A stretch of DNA of 64,000 nucleotides from an uncultured delta proteobacterium (GTDB taxonomy: Bacteria > Desulfobacterota > Desulfomonilia > UBA1062), in contig CAWCTR010000004.1 in assembly GCA_963798485.1 (NCBI GenBank), forward strand, positions 288,001-352,000. Reading direction: 5' to 3'. Under the pieces are notes generated by a model. That model was not told the DNA's origin and made no database searches. It saw only the letters and a program-made list of their open reading frames with translations. The position numbers and the translations under genes were made by a program. Positions 52,582 through 62,557 of the stretch are shown piece after piece (the first letter of the stretch is position 1; every line of letters starts with the position of its first letter).

Positions 52582-54087
52582 TTATTCTTCAAAGACTTTG
52601 GCCTGCGGGCATGCAGGGGCTATGAGGGACTTGAACAGATTGAGCCGGTTGAGCTGGTTGGTTCCCTCGTAAATCTGGAGGAGCTTGGCGTCACGCAAGA
52701 TCTTCTCCACGCCGTTCTCGTGCCTGAGGCCTTCCTGGCCCATGAGCTCGAGGGCCATCTGGCAGTTCCTGACGCCGAAGTCCGTGCCGCTGAACTTGGC
52801 CAGAGAGCCCAGGCCGGTGCAGCAGTGCTGGTCCTTGGGCTTCTGCCAGTCCAGGTACCACTTGCTCAGGAGCCATGTGGCAAAGCCCTTGTCGAGCAGG
52901 GGGGAGATAACCTTGTCGAAGTATGCCTTGGGGAGATACTTCAGGTAGTAGTATATGGGCTTCATCTGGAGGATGTTGTACACCCCGCGATGGCTGTTGG
53001 CGTAGTTGGCCTCGACATAGGCGAGCCTGCCGAGCCTGACGTTCTTGTACATCTCTGCCAGCATGCACTGGACCCACTCGCTGTTGATCATGGGCTTGCC
53101 GTCGAGCTCGGTCTCGTTCGCAAACTTGAGCGCCGCCTCAAAGGCCCCGCGTGCAGCCGACGTACCGAAAGCACCTACTGCCGGGCGGGTAATGGAAACG
53201 ATGTAGTCGATGTGGCGCATGGTGATGTCACGGACAGGCTGTCTTGAGAATTTCCTCACCTTTTCAGGGTCAAACATCACAAGCTCATCCGGGACAAAGC
53301 AGTCTTCGAAATTCAGCACGCTGGCCGGGCAGATCCTCTGGCCCATCTTGTTCTCGTGCGTGCCGAAGGTAAAGCCCTTCATGCCCTCCTTGACCATCAT
53401 GACCACGGTGGACTCGGAGGCCTTTTTCAGATCCGTATACCCATAGAGCACGGTCCATTTGGAGAGATGACCCATGGAGATGAAGATCTTGCTGCCGTTG
53501 ACGATGTAGCCGCCTTGGACTTTCTTGGCGTGGCAGGTGATCTTGCCCTGGTCCTCCAGGTCCACCTCCTCCACGTCAGTTCCTGCTGTGGGCTCGGTGA
53601 TGGCAAGCGCGATGATGCATGGATCACCTGTCTTCTCGCCTTGAGCCACCTCGCCCATCACCTTCTTGATGACCTTGGCGTTGCCTGCCATCATGAGGCC
53701 TGAGACACCGAGGTAGTGCACACACAAAACATTCGCAATACCGAGACAGACGGATCCGATTTCCTCGACAAAATACGACAGAGACGGCATATTGTATCCC
53801 TTACCCCCGAAGATCTTCGGAACCCACATGGTGTAGAAGCCCCATTCGTTGGCCTTCTTCACCAGGTCCCAGGGAAAATAGTTGGGATCTTCATGGGTCT
53901 TCCGGTCGAGCTCGAGATATAAAGGCCGTGCCACCTCGTCATTAAACTTCCGTGCAATAGCGACGACTTCCTGGGTCTCCTTGACCATGGCCTTGGGCAT
54001 CCGTGGTGCGTAATGGAGAGAAAGGGTTGCATCCTCGAACTCGGGATACCGTGAGATGAATGATTTCACCTGAGAGCGTGTTAACAT
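52582..54087 (-). CDS. Acyl-CoA dehydrogenase, catalytic type
   Basis: AITEPTAGTD, KMGQR, RDAKLLQIYEGTNQ. Confidence 0.88.
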   Translation of the reverse strand: MLTRSQVKSFISRYPEFEDATLSLHYAPRMPKAMVKETQEVVAIARKFNDEVARPLYLELDRKTHEDPNYFPWDLVKKANEWGFYTMWVPKIFGGKGYNMPSLSYFVEEIGSVCLGIANVLCVHYLGVSGLMMAGNAKVIKKVMGEVAQGEKTGDPCIIALAITEPTAGTDVEEVDLEDQGKITCHAKKVQGGYIVNGSKIFISMGHLSKWTVLYGYTDLKKASESTVVMMVKEGMKGFTFGTHENKMGQRICPASVLNFEDCFVPDELVMFDPEKVRKFSRQPVRDITMRHIDYIVSITRPAVGAFGTSAARGAFEAALKFANETELDGKPMINSEWVQCMLAEMYKNVRLGRLAYVEANYANSHRGVYNILQMKPIYYYLKYLPKAYFDKVISPLLDKGFATWLLSKWYLDWQKPKDQHCCTGLGSLAKFSGTDFGVRNCQMALELMGQEGLRHENGVEKILRDAKLLQIYEGTNQLNRLNLFKSLIAPACPQAKVFEE

Positions 54088-54215
54088 AGAGCCTCCTTTT
54101 TGTTGGTATGTCTCATGATGCTAAAACATGTCCTGTCCCTAGGATTGAATAACAGAGCAATTTGGTCGAAATGCCTTAAGGGCATTGTATATCCTTTCAT
54201 GTGATCAATTCCCCC

Positions 54216-55043
54216 TTAAATCCCCAGTATCTTATCCAGGATGCCTCGTGAGTACAGGAATGCATTGACATTGTAGTATGTGTTCGGTGTCATTCTCTTT
54301 AAGAACCAGAAGAGCTTGGAATCCGGCTGGGGAAGCACGTACAGCTTGTTCTTCTTAATGGCTTTTAAGGTCGCTCTGCTGATACTCTCGACCGTGCCGA
54401 ATGCGAATTTATCGAAAAAGGCATCAGCCATCTTGCGCTGATGCTCATCCGTGACACGTACCTGGTCCATAAGGTTAGTCTTGAAGAAGGTCGGGCACAC
54501 GACCGTGACCCCGATATTGCTTCCGCAGACCTCCCCTCGGAGGGTCTCTGAGAGCGAGATGACCCCGGCCTTTGTCACATTGTAGGGTGACATCTCGGGT
54601 AATGAGCAGATCCCGGCTGACGAGGCCACGTTCACGATGTGCCCCCATCCCTGCTTCTTGAAGGTGGGGATAAAGGTCCTGCACCCGTAGATGACGCTCA
54701 TGAGCATGATGTCGATCTCGAATTTCCAGTCTTCCAGGGGGATCTTTTCCATGAACCCTACGACCGGTACACCTGCGTTGTTGATGATGATATCCACAGT
54801 GCCCCATTTGGAAATTACGGCATCAGCCAGTCCCTGCACCTCTTCGGGCCTGGTGACATCGCACTTGACCACAAGACCCTGGCCATTCCCGTTCATGAGC
54901 CGCACCGTCTCCTCGGCCCTGGCCAAATTGATGTCACTTACTGCCACCTTCCAGCCGAGCTTGGCAAAATCAAGTGCAAGCCCGCGGCCGAACCCGCTGC
55001 CCGCGCCGGTTATCACGACTGTTTTCGTTTTGAATCGGTCCAT
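54216..55043 (-). CDS. Short-chain dehydrogenase/reductase
   Basis: TGAGSGFG, NNAG, YNVTK. Confidence 0.9.
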   Translation of the reverse strand: MDRFKTKTVVITGAGSGFGRGLALDFAKLGWKVAVSDINLARAEETVRLMNGNGQGLVVKCDVTRPEEVQGLADAVISKWGTVDIIINNAGVPVVGFMEKIPLEDWKFEIDIMLMSVIYGCRTFIPTFKKQGWGHIVNVASSAGICSLPEMSPYNVTKAGVISLSETLRGEVCGSNIGVTVVCPTFFKTNLMDQVRVTDEHQRKMADAFFDKFAFGTVESISRATLKAIKKNKLYVLPQPDSKLFWFLKRMTPNTYYNVNAFLYSRGILDKILGI

Positions 55044-55097
55044 GAAACACTCCTTTTTCGGTCTGATCTGCAATACAATGCTCTTTTATTGTTACCT

Positions 55098-55137
55098 AAA
55101 AATGATCCGGTGACGCCGGAGGGCTGCCACCGGATCA
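55098..55137 (-). terminator. Intra-operonic terminator-like hairpin
   Basis: TGATCCGGTG..CACCGGATCA then TTTTT on the minus strand. Confidence 0.6.
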
Positions 55138-55167
55138 AAGAGGGTATTAATAGTGGGGTTATTCTCT

Positions 55168-56430
55168 TCATTTATTGTCCATCCGTTCAAGGATGTGGAT
55201 AGTCATGGATGCCTCTTCAAAGGCTATGTTCCCGCCGCCATTTTCCCCGAGTGCAACCCTGCACCCTTGAACCTGCCTGGGGCCTGCCTCATGCCTGAGC
55301 TGCGTGACCAGCTCGTGAATCATGCCGAGCCCTGAAGCACCCACCGGGTGCCCGCGCGATTCGAGCCCGCCCGAGGTGTTCATGGGTATCTTCCCGCCCA
55401 GTTTCGTGGCACCGCTCTCTGCAAAGGGTCCGCCTTCTCCGAACTTACAGAAGCCAAGTGACTCGCACTGGTGCAGCTCACCGAACGAGGTGGCGTCATG
55501 GACCTCTGCCACGTTGATATCCTCAGGCCCGACCCCGGCGATGTCATATGCCTGCAGGGAGAGCCGAACCGCGATATCCAGATCCACCTGGTCATGTCTC
55601 CGATTGGTGCCCGACCCCAGCACCGATGCCAGGATCTTCACCGGACGGGCCGACTTAAGCTTCTTCAGGAAATCCCCCGAGCATACGATGGCTGCAGCTG
55701 CGCCGTCACCCACCGGAGCGCACATGGGCACGGTCAGCGGCCAGATGACAGGCCGGCCCTGCAGAATCTCGTCCACGGTCATGGTGTTCTGGAACTGGGC
55801 GTTGGGATTCATTGAGCTGTGGAAGTGATTCTTTGAAGCAATAACTGCCAGCTGGCGCTGGGTAGTTCCGAAGGTTGCCATATGCCACCTGAGCATATTG
55901 GCATACACGTCCATGAAGGCGCTCCTGGTCTGTCCGGCACCGGCCCCGCCGTCATCGACCGGGATATCCAGCTTCACACCATCCATGATGCCCCTCAAGG
56001 CCTTCATGTGTTCTTTCATGTTGGAGACATCTATCCCGGCATTGAAGGCCATCATGGTCTTTGCCTTGTCCTCGTTGTGGAGCTTCTCCATACCGATGGC
56101 CAGAGAGCATTCGTACATGCCGCTGGCAACATCCTTATATGCGCAGTGGAGTGCTGTGGAGGCACAGGCGCAGGCATTCTCCACATTGGTGATGGGGATA
56201 CCCTCGATCCCCAGTGGCCGGAGCGCCACCTGTCCCTTGATGGAATGCTGCATGTTGAAGAACCCCCAGGCCGTATTGGAAAAGAACACAGACTGGATAT
56301 CTGTGATCTTGACCTCAGGGGTGTCATCCATGGTTTTGGCAAATGCCTCAGCGACAAGTTCCTTTTCCGTGCGGTCCAGGTGCTTGCCGAAACGGGTCAT
56401 ACCCACTGCAATAATATATGCATCACGCAT
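55168..56430 (-). CDS. SCP2/SCP-x-type thiolase family protein
   Basis: NVENACAC, AEVHDA, GHPVGASG, ENGGG. Confidence 0.88.
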   Translation of the reverse strand: MRDAYIIAVGMTRFGKHLDRTEKELVAEAFAKTMDDTPEVKITDIQSVFFSNTAWGFFNMQHSIKGQVALRPLGIEGIPITNVENACACASTALHCAYKDVASGMYECSLAIGMEKLHNEDKAKTMMAFNAGIDVSNMKEHMKALRGIMDGVKLDIPVDDGGAGAGQTRSAFMDVYANMLRWHMATFGTTQRQLAVIASKNHFHSSMNPNAQFQNTMTVDEILQGRPVIWPLTVPMCAPVGDGAAAAIVCSGDFLKKLKSARPVKILASVLGSGTNRRHDQVDLDIAVRLSLQAYDIAGVGPEDINVAEVHDATSFGELHQCESLGFCKFGEGGPFAESGATKLGGKIPMNTSGGLESRGHPVGASGLGMIHELVTQLRHEAGPRQVQGCRVALGENGGGNIAFEEASMTIHILERMDNK

Positions 56431-56457
56431 CCGATAACTCCTTTCATGATTTTTGCT

Positions 56458-56592
56458 TCAGCCTGCAATACCTGCTATACGGTCTTCCCAGTAGCGCTCA
56501 AACCGGCGGCACTCGGATTTGATTCTCGACAACCCGTACACGCCTTGTCTCATGAGGCCTTCGATAATCTCTCTGCGACTCAATTTGAACAT
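56458..56592 (-). CDS. Unannotated 44-aa protein, first ORF of the operon
   Basis: GGAGAGGA SD + MFKLSRREIIEGLMRQGVYGLSRIKSECRRFERYWEDRIAGIAG. Confidence 0.5.
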   Translation of the reverse strand: MFKLSRREIIEGLMRQGVYGLSRIKSECRRFERYWEDRIAGIAG

Positions 56593-56644
56593 CTCAGTCC
56601 TCTCCGGCTTCCCGTAAGCTCCTTTCTCATTGTGCCTTCAAATG

Positions 56645-56660
56645 AGCAAGGAGCATGCCA
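56645..56660 (-). promoter_or_regulatory. sigma54 promoter of the thiolase operon
   Basis: TGGCATGCTCCTTGCT; IHF-like TATCAGTGGCTTG at 56704-56716. Confidence 0.8.
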
Positions 56661-56723
56661 TGATAATCATCATCCTAACTAACTGTTAAATAAGGTTATT
56701 ATTTATCAGTGGCTTGATTGTGT

Positions 56724-56759
56724 TTTTATTAAGACATACTTTGACTGCAATCAGTCATT
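56724..56759. promoter_or_regulatory. Upstream activator motif, copy 1
   Basis: TTTTATTAAGACA-N6-GACTGCAATCAGTCATT. Confidence 0.65.
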
Positions 56760-56849
56760 CTTGATGTTACTATCTGCCAATCATTAGAATGAATGAAATG
56801 CATCCGCTTACTCTTACTCACTCTCGGATTCAAGGAAGATCATGACAGC

Positions 56850-56889
56850 AAAAAGGGGGCGATCCCTCTTGAAAAAGGATTGCCCCCTT
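56850..56889 (-). terminator. Rho-independent terminator
   Basis: AAGGGGGCAATCC..GGATCGCCCCCTT followed by Ts on the minus strand. Confidence 0.75.
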
Positions 56890-56907
56890 ATGTGGTTATG
56901 AAATCAG

Positions 56908-57645
56908 TTACATCTCAGCAAGGAGCCGTTTTGCCCAGTCTGCCCAGTACTTGTCGCTGGAGGTTTCCGCCTTCTGGAGAAGGACCTTTGCCTCATCCTT
57001 GCCGCCCGTCTTTATGAGGGTCTCGGCCAGGAATACCTGACCCTCGGCGTTATTAGGGAATAACTTCTGGTATTCCCTGAGATAATTCAAAGACAATTTC
57101 TTATCCTGCATAGGCCAGGGCAGCACGAACCAGAAGCGGCCCAAGGCCTTGATGGGACCGCCATCCTCATACATCTTGTTGATCTTGTATGCCGCTTCAA
57201 AGCTGGTCTGGGTCTTGCCCTTGAGCCCTTCCTTCAGGGCGGTAAGGATGCTGACGCCGTCCGAGTAATTGCCTACCGAACATCCATACCAGTGATTACC
57301 TTCTACGCCATTCGGATTCAGGGCAATGGCCTTTTCCCCATATTTCATGCCGAGTTTTCCATATTCCTTGCAGGTGGTCTTCCAATTTGGGGCATTATTC
57401 TTTTTTGATTTGTCGGCAAATTCCCTGTATGAGCGTGCTGCCTTCCAGGCTGCTTCATAACTGCCGGGCGTTGCCTCGAGTGCCTTTACAAACATATCTC
57501 CTGAGGCTTTGAAGCTTTCATAACTGGTCGCTTTACCCTTGTCGTAAAGGGCATTCCCCTGGGCCATGAAATCTTCGGCCAGTAGGGCCATGGGAAGAAC
57601 CAGCCAAACACACAGGCACAGCCCGATCGTGAAAACTCTCTTCAT
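56908..57645 (-). CDS. Exported TPR-like protein (TatT/RMDN-like helical repeat)
   Basis: Signal peptide; YEAAWKAAR, KAIALNPNGVEGNHWYG, ALGRFWFVLP. Confidence 0.7.
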   Translation of the reverse strand: MKRVFTIGLCLCVWLVLPMALLAEDFMAQGNALYDKGKATSYESFKASGDMFVKALEATPGSYEAAWKAARSYREFADKSKKNNAPNWKTTCKEYGKLGMKYGEKAIALNPNGVEGNHWYGCSVGNYSDGVSILTALKEGLKGKTQTSFEAAYKINKMYEDGGPIKALGRFWFVLPWPMQDKKLSLNYLREYQKLFPNNAEGQVFLAETLIKTGGKDEAKVLLQKAETSSDKYWADWAKRLLAEM

Positions 57646-57721
57646 GTCATTTTCTCCTTTATGTCATTCATTTTAATGTGTGAGCGCATCATTCACCAAT
57701 CATTGCTCTTGCCCCGGGATG

Positions 57722-57982
57722 TCATGCCTGCGCGTTTACGCGTTTCCTTGAGATCACAAGGAACATGATCGCGGCTATGAGGAGCTTGCTGCCCCAGAGC
57801 AGAGAGAAAATCGATCCAACAAGCCGCAAAGTAATCTTCACCCCGATAAGGCCCAGCAGGACGATCCCTGAAGCCTTCACCCACTGCCTGACAGGCGAAA
57901 GCCTGTGTAACAGCTCTTTCCTGACCTCCAGGAGTTCCCGGACAGTCTCGTCGATCTCACGGCTCAGCTTTTTTTCAGCCAT
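57722..57982 (-). CDS. Small membrane protein (86 aa)
   Basis: GGAGG SD, charged N-terminal helix + hydrophobic C-terminus; overlaps the upstream gene. Confidence 0.65.
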   Translation of the reverse strand: MAEKKLSREIDETVRELLEVRKELLHRLSPVRQWVKASGIVLLGLIGVKITLRLVGSIFSLLWGSKLLIAAIMFLVISRKRVNAQA

Positions 57983-58347
57983 CGCATGTCCTCCTGAATG
58001 CAGCGTAGGTGTTTCCGCGCCTCTCCGGCCCCCTTCTTCGCCATCAGAAGTGCCGTGCCGCCAAAAAGCAAGCCTGTCAGCATGAGAGAAGCGGTCATAA
58101 TGAGCGCAGATATCCACGGCAGAAACCACGTGTTCAGCAGGAGCACAATGGTCACCAGGGCAAAGACACCGGCCAGCGCCATGAGCACAAGGCATGCACC
58201 TCCCAGGGCAAGCACCGGAAGCCCGGTCTTCAGGGCACCATTACCCACCTCTTTCACATAACCCTTTTCCTGCTTCAGAAATCTCCTGACCAGGCTCACA
58301 AAGCGCCCAATCAAGCTGAATATTGACTCTCCTTCGAAGTTACCCAT
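57964..58347 (-). CDS. Holin-like two-TM protein (YqjE/DUF1469 type)
   Basis: Amphipathic N-terminal helix, two TM segments, C-terminal EDMRWLK; GGAGG SD. Confidence 0.7.
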   Translation of the reverse strand: MGNFEGESIFSLIGRFVSLVRRFLKQEKGYVKEVGNGALKTGLPVLALGGACLVLMALAGVFALVTIVLLLNTWFLPWISALIMTASLMLTGLLFGGTALLMAKKGAGEARKHLRCIQEDMRWLKKS

Positions 58348-58396
58348 GACGGAACCCTCCTTCTGAAAAGAATACAGACCAAAGCACACTATCAAC

Positions 58397-58412
58397 AGCA
58401 AGGAATGTGCCA
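58397..58412 (-). promoter_or_regulatory. sigma54 promoter of the holin-like/TPR operon
   Basis: TGGCACATTCCTTGCT; IHF consensus TATCAAGTAGTTG at 58440-58428. Confidence 0.82.
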
Positions 58413-58475
58413 GACAAAATCTCTTTTCAACTACTTGATATCAAATATATCATTTTTACATTGCGCATGTATTGA

Positions 58476-58511
58476 TTTTAATAAGACACCTATAGACTGT
58501 ATTCAGACATT
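58476..58511. promoter_or_regulatory. Upstream activator motif, copy 2
   Basis: TTTTAATAAGACA-N6-GACTGTATTCAGACATT. Confidence 0.65.
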
Positions 58512-58572
58512 AAGCTTATTGATTATATCTGAAAATATGTTATTTTTATGATCATCTGTTGCGAGGTGAACG

Positions 58573-61500
58573 ATGAGAGAGTCAACCCCTGACCTTGGTG
58601 CGGAACAATGGAGATTTCTTGCTGCCCTGGAGGCCCTCGGCGGAGCTGTGCATATAAATATTCTCGATAAAATCGCCCCGCTCACAGCAGGACAGCTCAT
58701 CGATCTCATGAAAAAGACAGCTGACTCCGACCTGCTCCAGCAGGACAGCGATGACCTGTTTTCCCTGGACTCATCACTGTACGGGTCTGTGCAGAAAAAG
58801 ATCGCAAAAATGAATTCGAAAAAGAACCTCTCCGCCCTGGTGGACACCATCTATGCAAATAAAATAGATAAGGAACTGGACCCGCACGTTCTCACAAGTC
58901 TTCTGGAGAAGGCAGGCAGGGCCATCGAGGCCAGCAGCGTTGAATTCGATTTGGCGGATCGGGAACTGGCAAAGGGCAAAAACCTGGAGACAGCTCACAC
59001 CCACCTTCTGAGTGCCGTCAGCAGACTGAAAAGGCTGGACCTGGATCCGGATATAAGCGCTCTTTACTTATCACGTGCCTTGAAGCTTTCGAATCTCTGC
59101 TATGTCCTGGGCAGGGGAATCACTGAACTTGGCGAGATCTTGGATACAGCCCAGGCCATGGCAACCAGGCTTGGTGATAAACGTTCTCAGGCGTTAATCA
59201 ACCTCCATGTGGGCATGCTCTACTATTTCACAGGACGAAGGGACGAGGCCTTTCTGACCTTATCCGTGGGCCTGGAGAAGGTCAACGAGCTGGGCGATGA
59301 GGATATCCTTTCCCAATCCGCCGAATTCCTCGCAGTGTTCTATTTCATGAAAGGCCAGCTCCGGGATGTGATGAAACACCTGGAACATCTGGAAAACCTC
59401 GTCGACATCAATGAGGAGACCATCCAGACACTGACCTATATCCTCTTCAGCTACAGCGCACTGTACCTCGGCCAGTTCCACCGTGCCTTCGGATTCCTCG
59501 ATTCCAATCTCCGCCTGGCCGAGGAGAAATCCAACAAGGCCCTGGCTTCGGTTTTGAGGAGCGTGCTGGGCACGACGCTCATCCTGGTGAGAAAATTTCA
59601 TGAGGCCGAGTTCCATCTCAAAAAGGCCCGGCAGGAGTCCCTGGACAGCAACAATGCATTTGGATACCATTATTCCGGTGGCGGGCTTGCCCTTCTCTAT
59701 TATACGACTGGTGACCTTGATAAGAGCTATGAGGCCATGAAGGATACCGTTGAAAAAGCAGTACAGACAGGGCTCATCCAGCAGTATTCATCACCATGGA
59801 TCATCGAGATCTTTTACGAGTTCCATAAACACGGATTTGCGCCCCTCCCGCACTGGAATTATCTGGATATCATGGAAACAACCCTCAACGGGATCAACGT
59901 GCATCTGCGAGGCGTGGCGCTCCGCCTGAGGGCACGGGAGAAGATGGACCAGGGACACACGGAGAAGGGACCGTTAATGGCCGACCTCGAAGCAAGCAGG
60001 ACATGCCTCGAGCTGTCGGGAAACCATATACAGCTGGCAAAGACCATCCTCGAGATGGCGCACATCGAGCTCCTCTGCGACAACAAGGAAGCTGCGAGCG
60101 GATATGCCCAGGAGGCATGGCGTCTGTTCGGCGGACATGCAGCCGATTTCTTCCCGGACCAATATAAGACGCTCCTGGAAAAAAAGCTGCTCTCCCCGGA
60201 CATGCAGACTGCCAGGGACGATTATCTCAGGCGATATTTCGAGGAGATGACCTCCATAAAATCAAGCATGGGTCAGGAAGAAACACTGAACAAAACCATC
60301 AGGTCCACGAACCGGTTCTTCGGCGCTGAGCGGGGCGGCCTTTTCTGGTTTTCCGAGGGCAAGTATACCCGGAGCCCGGAGCTGAGGGCCGCAAGCAATC
60401 TGACAAAAGAGGAGGTGGAATCGTCACAGTTCGGACCGTATATGGAGCATGTACTCAAGGCTTTCCGTACGAACAAACCGCTGGTTGTCAGGAATGACCC
60501 TTCAGAACGCACCAGGAAGGGCGGGAAGATCCGGTCTGTCCTGTGCATCCCGGTGGAGGTGCAGGGCATGCCGCGGGGCGTCTTGTACCACGACAATTCT
60601 TACATGCAGGACGCTTTCGATTTCCTGGACCCAACTATGATGACACTCCTGGGCAGACACACATCAGACATAGTCGATTTCCTCCTGAACACCATGCGGA
60701 TCAAGGAAGAGAAAGAAAAGCTTTCCAGAGAGCGGGTTACCTCTCAGCAGGAGTTCAAGAAGCTTCAGCTCATCGCCGAATCCCGGATAATGAGAGAGCA
60801 GCTGTCCATGGCAGGACAGGTCGCCTTGACGGACACGACTGTGCTCCTCCTGGGTGAGACAGGAACCGGCAAAGGGGTGTTCGCCCGGTGGGTCCACGAA
60901 AACAGCCGCAGATTTGATGGACCTTTCATTGTGGTGGACTGCACGACAATCCCGGAGAACCTGGTGGAGAGCGAACTGTTCGGCTATGAGAAGGGGGCCT
61001 TTACCGGAGCGGACAGACAGAAGCTTGGGCGTATCGAGCTGGCGCATGACGGCACCCTCTTCCTGGACGAGATCGGCGAGCTCCCGCTTCATCTCCAGAC
61101 AAAGCTCTTGAAGACCCTGGAGGAAAAGACCTTTGTCAGGATAGGCGGCGGTCGGGCCATCAGGTCGGATTTCCGTCTTATTGCGGCCACCAATCGCAAC
61201 CTGAAGGACGAGGTGGCTGCTGGCCGTTTCCGGGAAGACCTCTATTACCGACTCAATGTCTTTCCCCTATCCATACCGCCCCTGAGGGAACGTGAAGAAG
61301 ACATCATCGAGCTGGCGAGGTATTTTGTTGATCTCTATGCGAGGAAAAACGGCAGGACCGGTCTTGAACTTTCACGGAAAGACCACCACATGCTGATAAG
61401 CTATACCTGGCCCGGCAATGTCCGGGAGCTCCAGAACGTCATCGAACGGGCGATCATCCTCTCAAAGGGCAACGAGCTTCAGATACCTCTGTTCCCGGCA

Positions 61501-61692
61501 GGACCCCATGCAGGTGTAAAGGGAACCTTCGATGACCTACCCACACTCGACGAGCTGCAGCGGCGGTATATCAGGCATATCTTCGAATACACGAAGGGCA
61601 GGGTCAGCGGGTTGGGCGGTGCGGCTGATATTCTTGGCATGAAACGCACGAGCCTTTATTCCCGCATGAAGGCGCTGGGAATGCAGAAATAG
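58573..61692 (+). CDS. sigma54-dependent enhancer-binding protein (TPR-like region + GAF + AAA+ + HTH)
   Basis: [48 protein letters not shown]-terminal HTH. Confidence 0.93.
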   Translation: MRESTPDLGAEQWRFLAALEALGGAVHINILDKIAPLTAGQLIDLMKKTADSDLLQQDSDDLFSLDSSLYGSVQKKIAKMNSKKNLSALVDTIYANKIDKELDPHVLTSLLEKAGRAIEASSVEFDLADRELAKGKNLETAHTHLLSAVSRLKRLDLDPDISALYLSRALKLSNLCYVLGRGITELGEILDTAQAMATRLGDKRSQALINLHVGMLYYFTGRRDEAFLTLSVGLEKVNELGDEDILSQSAEFLAVFYFMKGQLRDVMKHLEHLENLVDINEETIQTLTYILFSYSALYLGQFHRAFGFLDSNLRLAEEKSNKALASVLRSVLGTTLILVRKFHEAEFHLKKARQESLDSNNAFGYHYSGGGLALLYYTTGDLDKSYEAMKDTVEKAVQTGLIQQYSSPWIIEIFYEFHKHGFAPLPHWNYLDIMETTLNGINVHLRGVALRLRAREKMDQGHTEKGPLMADLEASRTCLELSGNHIQLAKTILEMAHIELLCDNKEAASGYAQEAWRLFGGHAADFFPDQYKTLLEKKLLSPDMQTARDDYLRRYFEEMTSIKSSMGQEETLNKTIRSTNRFFGAERGGLFWFSEGKYTRSPELRAASNLTKEEVESSQFGPYMEHVLKAFRTNKPLVVRNDPSERTRKGGKIRSVLCIPVEVQGMPRGVLYHDNSYMQDAFDFLDPTMMTLLGRHTSDIVDFLLNTMRIKEEKEKLSRERVTSQQEFKKLQLIAESRIMREQLSMAGQVALTDTTVLLLGETGTGKGVFARWVHENSRRFDGPFIVVDCTTIPENLVESELFGYEKGAFTGADRQKLGRIELAHDGTLFLDEIGELPLHLQTKLLKTLEEKTFVRIGGGRAIRSDFRLIAATNRNLKDEVAAGRFREDLYYRLNVFPLSIPPLREREEDIIELARYFVDLYARKNGRTGLELSRKDHHMLISYTWPGNVRELQNVIERAIILSKGNELQIPLFPAGPHAGVKGTFDDLPTLDELQRRYIRHIFEYTKGRVSGLGGAADILGMKRTSLYSRMKALGMQK

Positions 61693-62052
61693 AATTCTAC
61701 TCACAAAATCACATTATAAACAGCAATTTCCCAGCATGGAAAAGCATAGATTCATGCCATTTGTTATGGTTATCCCAAAGCGTTGATTCCGATAAATGAT
61801 CGTTTTCAATATGGCCTGAAAAGTATATGTTCTCGGATGTAATTTATACTTGGTCAGATCGCATATCAAAGTCCACAGTATGGAACGTTTACTATCCTAT
61901 GAAGCGAAAAATAATTTGTGCTTACAGCCCCATGTATCTCCCAGTCTCGGCAAGGCAGTTTTGTTTTTGCATAAAATCTCTGTTGCCACCGGGTTCAAAG
62001 CAAGTTAACTTTACCGACAATTGCAACTAAACAGATCAGGAGGTTTACAAGA

Positions 62053-62481
62053 ATGAAGCAATACAGCAAAATTGTAGCGTTAATTATTTTGGTTGCGTTT
62101 CTTGCTGTCCCCTCCTTTGCCGCACAGGATGCAAAGAAGACAGTGACAACCAAATCCGGCCTCAAATATGTCGATGTTGTTGTCGGCAAGGGTGCATCAC
62201 CAACTGTGGGTAAACAGGTCACGGTGCATTACACCGGGACACTTGAAAACGGCACAAAGTTTGACAGTTCTGTTGATCGCAAAGAGCCGTTCTCGTTCAC
62301 TATCGGTGTCGGCCAGGTTATCCCGGGATGGGATGAGGGGGTCATGTCTATGAAAGTCGGCGGCAAACGCAAGCTGATTATCCCTCCCAATCTCGGCTAT
62401 GGCGCACGGGGAGCCGGCGGAGTTATCCCCCCGAATGCCACCCTGCTGTTTGATGTTGAACTGCTCGACGTCGCAAAGTAA
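62053..62481 (+). CDS. FKBP-type peptidyl-prolyl isomerase, exported
   Basis: [26 protein letters not shown]; signal peptide. Confidence 0.95.
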   Translation: MKQYSKIVALIILVAFLAVPSFAAQDAKKTVTTKSGLKYVDVVVGKGASPTVGKQVTVHYTGTLENGTKFDSSVDRKEPFSFTIGVGQVIPGWDEGVMSMKVGGKRKLIIPPNLGYGARGAGGVIPPNATLLFDVELLDVAK

Positions 62482-62557
62482 TCCCCCCTCACATCGCATT
62501 ACTATCTGATAGTCCGCGCGATCGGGTGGTTTTTTTAAGACTCATTGGAGTTGGTCA

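Noticed and set aside
54170-54186. AATGCC-TTAAG-GGCATT palindrome between the SDR and dehydrogenase genes
   Set aside because: Short, single occurrence, no U-tract; cannot be told from chance.
57964-58347. Holin-like gene as evidence of a prophage
   Set aside because: No endolysin or phage structural genes; it has a host-type sigma54 promoter.
61827-62030. 67-aa ORF upstream of the FKBP gene
   Set aside because: No SD, AT-rich promoter region, no motif.
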